Source: a virus
Lineage: Duplodnaviria > Caudoviricetes
IMG/VR virus record: IMGVR_UViG_3300034117_000572
Coordinates: 1 to 52,616 of that record
DNA length: 52,616 bases
Reading direction: 5' to 3' (one strand)
Shown here: positions 47,995 to 52,616 of the stretch, piece after piece
How the letters are laid out: every line of letters begins with the position of its first letter
How positions within the stretch are numbered: the first letter of the stretch is position 1
Translations under genes and position numbers: made by a program
Notes under the pieces: generated by a model
Database searches by the model: none
The model's input: only the letters and a program-made list of their open reading frames with translations
Told to the model about the DNA's origin: nothing

Positions 47995-48722
47995 TAATTA
48001 GTTGGTTTTGAGTTTGGTGCTTGTCCATCTATTCCTTCTGAGCTTATATCTGTTTTAAGATTAAAATATGTAGATAATAATTTCTTTGATGTTAGTTCAA
48101 GAGTTTGTTGTTCTAAGTATCCTGGAAGAGGAAACTCTTTGTCTAATGGATTCTTACAAATCTCATCTAATGTATATTCTGGAGTACCACATCCACATTC
48201 TGGATACATAATCTCATTCTCTACATCTTCTTCAAATAACGCAACAAATCTAATTGATTTAATCATTGGATTATTTACATATAGATATCCATTAGATATC
48301 CAGAAGTATTCTTCTTTTTTAATTACAGGAAGTTTTAATAGATTGATATATCTATTTACTGTAATCTCTTTTAATTTCTTTCCTTGGCCACCTAATGCAT
48401 TGATAGAATAAACTCCTTGTATTACATATTGGTAGTTACCTTCTGATATACGTGGAAGTTTAAGTTTAGTTCTGGCTATACTACATTCATCTACATAATT
48501 ACAACATTCAGAAATAGGTACTTCTATCATTTCTAAACAAGGAATAGTAGTGAATAATGTATCAGTAGCCCAAAGTTTTCTTAAGTTGGTCTCTCTCTTA
48601 ATTAATAATAAAGAGTTATTTCTTATCTCAGATGCAATTGCTCTGTCTGTAATAAGACTGTCTGTAGAAAGTATCTTGTGGACACTTCTAACATCTGATA
48701 CTAATTTTCTTAATGTTGCCAT
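47994..48722 (-). CDS. Conserved structural (ring-like) protein
   Basis: Position and composition resemble crAss-like ring genes; Cys-containing. Confidence 0.55.
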   Translation of the reverse strand: MATLRKLVSDVRSVHKILSTDSLITDRAIASEIRNNSLLLIKRETNLRKLWATDTLFTTIPCLEMIEVPISECCNYVDECSIARTKLKLPRISEGNYQYVIQGVYSINALGGQGKKLKEITVNRYINLLKLPVIKKEEYFWISNGYLYVNNPMIKSIRFVALFEEDVENEIMYPECGCGTPEYTLDEICKNPLDKEFPLPGYLEQQTLELTSKKLLSTYFNLKTDISSEGIDGQAPNSKPTN

Positions 48723-48724
48723 AG

Positions 48725-49939
48725 TTATATTCTAGTTTCAAACTCTGCTATTTTACCTAGATTAAGATCATAGACTAAAGCAAGAGCAGCACGCACTGAA
48801 TGTACGTAATTGTTATCTAAGTGCCATCTATCAGTTCCTGAAAGACTAGGCATTTGTTGTATTCTTACTCCCTTAACTTCTTTAGCCATGTAGTGATGTT
48901 TATCACCTGTATGAACTTCTCTGTAAACAGCATTACCGAATTGATGACTATATTTAGAATGTGTTGCAAATAATAATGGAAGATCTTCTATCTTACAGTT
49001 ACCATGATGCCATCCAATAAATGTATTTCCTAATGTCAAACCTTTAACAACACTATGTTCTCTGATAAACTCTACATCTTCTACATCTTTAAAGAATACA
49101 TCTAATGCATGAGCTAAGTAAAAAGATTTAGTTCTGTCATGATTACCTTGTACCAATACCACCTTTACAGTGCTAGAATGTTTTCTCAACATATTAATTG
49201 TGTCTACAAGAATAGCAAATCCTATTTCATACTCATCAGCATAATCCATTATAGTGTCCTGTGGAGTACCATTTGTAGTTTGATGTTGATAGTTATCAGT
49301 GTGGAAGTAATCATTTGATATAGGAAGAACAACAGTGTTTATGTTGTAACAAGCTTCTACTTTATCAATCAAAGACTGAGCCACAGTAACATATCTTAAA
49401 GCTCTTGTGGTTACATCATTATCACCATCTACTGTTCTTTTAGCTAAGTGATAATCTGATATAGAAATCTCTACATCTACGTAATCTTTAATATTATTAC
49501 GATCTACTTTAGTGATTGATATATTGTTTGGTTTGTAGTTTTCTAAGAATCTTGCAAAGTCTTCAGGAGAATAATCTTTTGCTTCTTTTCTTTTTGAGAA
49601 GACTGAGGAAGTGAACTTCCCACTTGGTAACATTTTAGACCAGTAGTTTGTTATAATATACTTATCTAAATTTATCTTATGTAACTTAGCTAGTTCAAGA
49701 TCATCTTTAGGTTCAAAATCTGTAACTATTGTACTTTCTATTGTACCTTTTTCAAAATTTACTTTACGTTCTTCTGCAATATTTTTTACTACATCTTCAG
49801 TATCTTTTTCTCTAAGTTCTTTCATCAGTTCATTGACCTCAAATTCACTTATTCCTAGTTTTTCAGCATAGAACTTCTTACTTTTCTTCTGACTTAATAA
49901 CTCTTCTAATCGGTGTAATAAGCTTTGATTTTCAGACAT
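48725..49939 (-). CDS. Calcineurin-like metallophosphoesterase with N-terminal HTH
   Basis: SDYH, NDYFH, GNHD, HHG and GDKHH metal-binding motifs; YAEKLGISEFEV HTH-like N-terminus. Confidence 0.85.
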   Translation of the reverse strand: MSENQSLLHRLEELLSQKKSKKFYAEKLGISEFEVNELMKELREKDTEDVVKNIAEERKVNFEKGTIESTIVTDFEPKDDLELAKLHKINLDKYIITNYWSKMLPSGKFTSSVFSKRKEAKDYSPEDFARFLENYKPNNISITKVDRNNIKDYVDVEISISDYHLAKRTVDGDNDVTTRALRYVTVAQSLIDKVEACYNINTVVLPISNDYFHTDNYQHQTTNGTPQDTIMDYADEYEIGFAILVDTINMLRKHSSTVKVVLVQGNHDRTKSFYLAHALDVFFKDVEDVEFIREHSVVKGLTLGNTFIGWHHGNCKIEDLPLLFATHSKYSHQFGNAVYREVHTGDKHHYMAKEVKGVRIQQMPSLSGTDRWHLDNNYVHSVRAALALVYDLNLGKIAEFETRI

Positions 49940-49967
49940 ATCTACTTATATTAGTTAAAAAATATCG

Positions 49968-50000
49968 TAAAGATAAACAATAGTTTTTATATATTCCAAA
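49968..50000 (-). promoter_or_regulatory. Bacteroidota sigma-A-like promoter (variant)
   Basis: TTTG-N21-TATCTTTA. Confidence 0.5.
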
Positions 50001-50043
50001 TAATTTTAGTTAGAGACTTAATTCTTTATAACTAAAATAGTTA

Positions 50044-50077
50044 GAAACAAAAACTCCCTAGACAAACGTCTAAGGAG
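50044..50077 (-). terminator. Intrinsic terminator
   Basis: Minus strand CTCCTTAGAC-gttt-GTCTAGGGAG followed by TTTTTGTTT. Confidence 0.75.
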
Positions 50078-50117
50078 AAATCCTGTAAAACCAACAAAAC
50101 AAGATTTTTTATTTATG

Positions 50118-50369
50118 TTAAAGTGGAATAGTAGTTGTAGTGGTTGTAGTAGAACCTAATACAATATCTATATAATTTGTACACACTCCAGTTGATAGCA
50201 CTCTAATAATTGTTGTATAATCAGGAACTAATGCAGAAGAATATCCTGCAAGTAATGCTGATTTAGAAACTCCCACTTCAAATGCTGATGAATATCCATC
50301 TAGATTTGAATATAAATTGAATGGACCTGAATCAGTTCCTGCTGTTGTTAATGTTATTAATACTGTCAT
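50118..50369 (-). CDS. Small beta-rich structural protein with poly-Thr tail
   Basis: Domain shared with N-terminus of 40335-41201; ends GSTTTTTTTIPL. Confidence 0.75.
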   Translation of the reverse strand: MTVLITLTTAGTDSGPFNLYSNLDGYSSAFEVGVSKSALLAGYSSALVPDYTTIIRVLSTGVCTNYIDIVLGSTTTTTTTIPL

Positions 50370-50380
50370 ATTATTCTAAA

Positions 50381-50668
50381 TTAAATTATTGTTGTTGTAC
50401 TAGTAGTTGTAGGACAACATATATCTAATTGATCATTGATGTTAATTACATCATCAATTATAATCATTAAGTCTTCAGTAAGATTTGTTATGTCTTCTGT
50501 AAGTATAGCAACATCAGCTGCAACATCACATATAATACTATCAAATTTAGCAAGAATTACATTTAAACCATCACATGTGCTTACATCTGTACAAGGAAGT
50601 GGAGTGCTATCGTATGTGACAGCACTCGTTCCTTTTATTGTTGTATTATTTATCTGAGGACAACTCAT
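50381..50668 (-). CDS. Cys-rich coiled-coil fibre-like protein with Thr tail
   Basis: Shared Y...L.C......D.L...L.K.D module, heptads, ends CCPTTTSTTTII. Confidence 0.7.
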   Translation of the reverse strand: MSCPQINNTTIKGTSAVTYDSTPLPCTDVSTCDGLNVILAKFDSIICDVAADVAILTEDITNLTEDLMIIIDDVININDQLDICCPTTTSTTTII

Positions 50669-50680
50669 GTCATGTTATAA

Positions 50681-51802
50681 TTAAGAAGTTGGACAACATT
50701 GTTCATATATTGAATAAGGAACAGAAAGAGAAACTATTATTCCATCAACTAATCCAGTAGCAGTTAATCCTGGAATAAAGTTTACACATCCTAGTAAATA
50801 AGATCCTGCATCTCTATAAATGTTCTCTTGAGGATCACCATCACAATCGTTAAAATTAATTGTAATTCGACCGTCATCAGTTACATCTAGTAATTCTTGT
50901 GATATAATTACAGCAGAGTCATAACATGTACATTCAACAACTGTTGTACTAGTTGTAGTGGTAGTAGGTGTAGGACAAACTTCATCTACACAATTAGCTC
51001 CTATTGTAATTAAAACTCTTTCATTATTTGCTAAAGTGCAACATCCACAAAATTGTATAGTTTGAAGAGGAGAAATATTTAATAATATTAATGAACCATT
51101 ACAATCAGTGTAAGTTAATGAATAAATATTAGTGTCATCAGTATTAACCGCTGTAATACATTCACAAGGAAGTGTAGTGGTTGTAGTGGTTGTTGTACTA
51201 CTAGTTGATGATGTAGTAGTTGTTGTTGGACCACAAGGACCATTTGGTGTAACAATCACTGTACCTGGAACAGTTAAAGGACTATCTGTTTCAACACAAA
51301 TATTTGTAACTCCTGGTTGTAATATTGTAGCAACGAATCCACCTGTAATACAATCAGTAGTAATTATAGCAACTGATTCAGTTCCAGTATTATCTAATGA
51401 AAAACTTTCACAAAGAATTGGTGCTACAGTAGTGGTTGTTGTAGTGGTTGCAGAACAACAAACATCTAGAGTGTTGTATATATTAATTATATCACCATTA
51501 ATTGTTACTATCTGTGTAGTAATATTGTTAACTTGAACAGTTAATATATTAATTTGTGTAAGTAGGTTACATATAATTTCATCAATCTTTTGTAATACAA
51601 CATTAAGTGTATCGCATGGTTCAGCTGTTGTGCAAGATAATGCAGGACCATCGTAAACAATAGTACTGGAACCAGTTAAAGTTGTTGAACATGGATTGTT
51701 ATTATTACAACCAGTATTGGTAATAACAGAACTACATCCACAAGGATCATTTATAACTATGTCTGTACAGCAAGGGTTTACTGGTAAATATGGATATGAC
51801 AT
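50681..51802 (-). CDS. Cys/Thr-rich mucin-like modular structural protein
   Basis: Shared module and coiled coil, then three small Cys domains separated by poly-Thr linkers. Confidence 0.75.
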   Translation of the reverse strand: MSYPYLPVNPCCTDIVINDPCGCSSVITNTGCNNNNPCSTTLTGSSTIVYDGPALSCTTAEPCDTLNVVLQKIDEIICNLLTQINILTVQVNNITTQIVTINGDIINIYNTLDVCCSATTTTTTTVAPILCESFSLDNTGTESVAIITTDCITGGFVATILQPGVTNICVETDSPLTVPGTVIVTPNGPCGPTTTTTSSTSSTTTTTTTTLPCECITAVNTDDTNIYSLTYTDCNGSLILLNISPLQTIQFCGCCTLANNERVLITIGANCVDEVCPTPTTTTTSTTVVECTCYDSAVIISQELLDVTDDGRITINFNDCDGDPQENIYRDAGSYLLGCVNFIPGLTATGLVDGIIVSLSVPYSIYEQCCPTS

Positions 51803-51814
51803 ATTGATAATTTA

Positions 51815-52615
51815 TTAAGGTATATAAATAATAAAATAACTTGCTATTGAAGGCTGTATATTTGCATGACCAATTCCTCCTCCAATAGGATCATTTGAAA
51901 CTGCTGTAGTAGCACTTATTGTAACATCATCTGTTTTACCAACGTTAGCAATTGCTGCAGATGAAGATTGTAAAGAATATCCTAAATTTCCTCCTGTACT
52001 ATTGGTTGCATTAATTGGTTCACCTGAATTTAATGTACTAGAAGATGAATTAGCCACTGTAAAATGCGAATGTGTAGCTGGTGTAATTGTTGAAACTGCT
52101 GTAGCTATGTGTGTATGTGAAGGAATTTCTGTAACATCTAATGTAACTCGATTTATTCCTGCAACAGAAGGGATGAAAGGAGGAGTAGATCCTGATAATG
52201 TGTAAGAAGGATTTCCAGAAATAGCAGGATTTGTTACAGGGTCTGTTATAGGACTTCCTAACATAGATGTAGCTCCAACTAATGTACGTCCTCTTAAATC
52301 AGGAACACCTGGATTAGCTCCATTACATAAATAAATTTTTAACCAATTTCCTGTACCAGCTCCTGTTCCATCAAAATTACTTAATGGGCCAAAATAAGGA
52401 AGAATTGAATAAGGAACCATTTTACTACTTATAAGATTAGAATTAGGAGCATTTGTAGCTAAATAATTAGCAATATAAGCATTTAACTCAGCACCATTAC
52501 TAGAATAATTAGTAGATAAGTCTAAAGCTAATGCTGTTAAATCAACTTGTACTTGACATAGTTTATTTATAACAGCTTGTACAATAGCATGTGTATCTGA
52601 AGATGATGTAACACC
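51815..52615 (-). CDS. Tail-collar-domain fibre/baseplate protein (5'-truncated by window)
   Basis: LCNG...PDLRGR...G and H.NIQP....FII motifs; frame stays open to the window end. Confidence 0.8.
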   Translation of the reverse strand, partial: GVTSSSDTHAIVQAVINKLCQVQVDLTALALDLSTNYSSNGAELNAYIANYLATNAPNSNLISSKMVPYSILPYFGPLSNFDGTGAGTGNWLKIYLCNGANPGVPDLRGRTLVGATSMLGSPITDPVTNPAISGNPSYTLSGSTPPFIPSVAGINRVTLDVTEIPSHTHIATAVSTITPATHSHFTVANSSSSTLNSGEPINATNSTGGNLGYSLQSSSAAIANVGKTDDVTISATTAVSNDPIGGGIGHANIQPSIASYFIIYIP

Positions 52616-52616
52616 T

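Noticed and set aside
1-52616. Stop-codon reassignment (TAG/TGA), known in some crAss-like phages
   Set aside because: Very long ORFs are intact in the standard code, and TAG/TGA end genes at sensible, often coupled, junctions
1-52616. tRNA/rRNA genes, integrase, capsid/portal/terminase genes, DGR reverse transcriptase
   Set aside because: None recognised by eye; spacers are short and AT-rich; head and packaging genes are probably outside the window

Overview
AT-rich segment of a lytic tailed phage that is most likely crAss-like (Crassvirales or a relative) and infects Bacteroidota. Positions 1-2404 (+) are the end of a DNA-metabolism/accessory block: ThyX, MazG-like, HNH-like, thioredoxin, an Acb2/Tad1-like protein and a GroES-like protein. 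This block converges at a bidirectional terminator (~2410-2442) with a ~50 kb minus-strand late block. The late block holds tail-collar/fibre genes, a metallophosphoesterase, ring/IHF-like/tail-stabilisation (muzzle) genes, a GIY-YIG homing endonuclease, cargo proteins including a 4047-aa virion RNA polymerase (DFDID motif), a lysis cassette, three glycosyltransferases and a cluster of small basic proteins. Best candidate for a new system: phage-encoded mucin-like O-glycosylation of the virion. A glycosyltransferase resembling plant peptide O-glycosyltransferases (HPAT/SERGT) sits between two poly-Thr mini-genes, and Cys-flanked poly-Thr tracts occur in at least six late proteins. Also notable: an unannotated -1 frameshift site with a downstream hairpin (740-792), a split muzzle gene, and a short xxG(G) motif shared by putative internal proteins. 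All family assignments come from motif recognition by eye; no searches were run.
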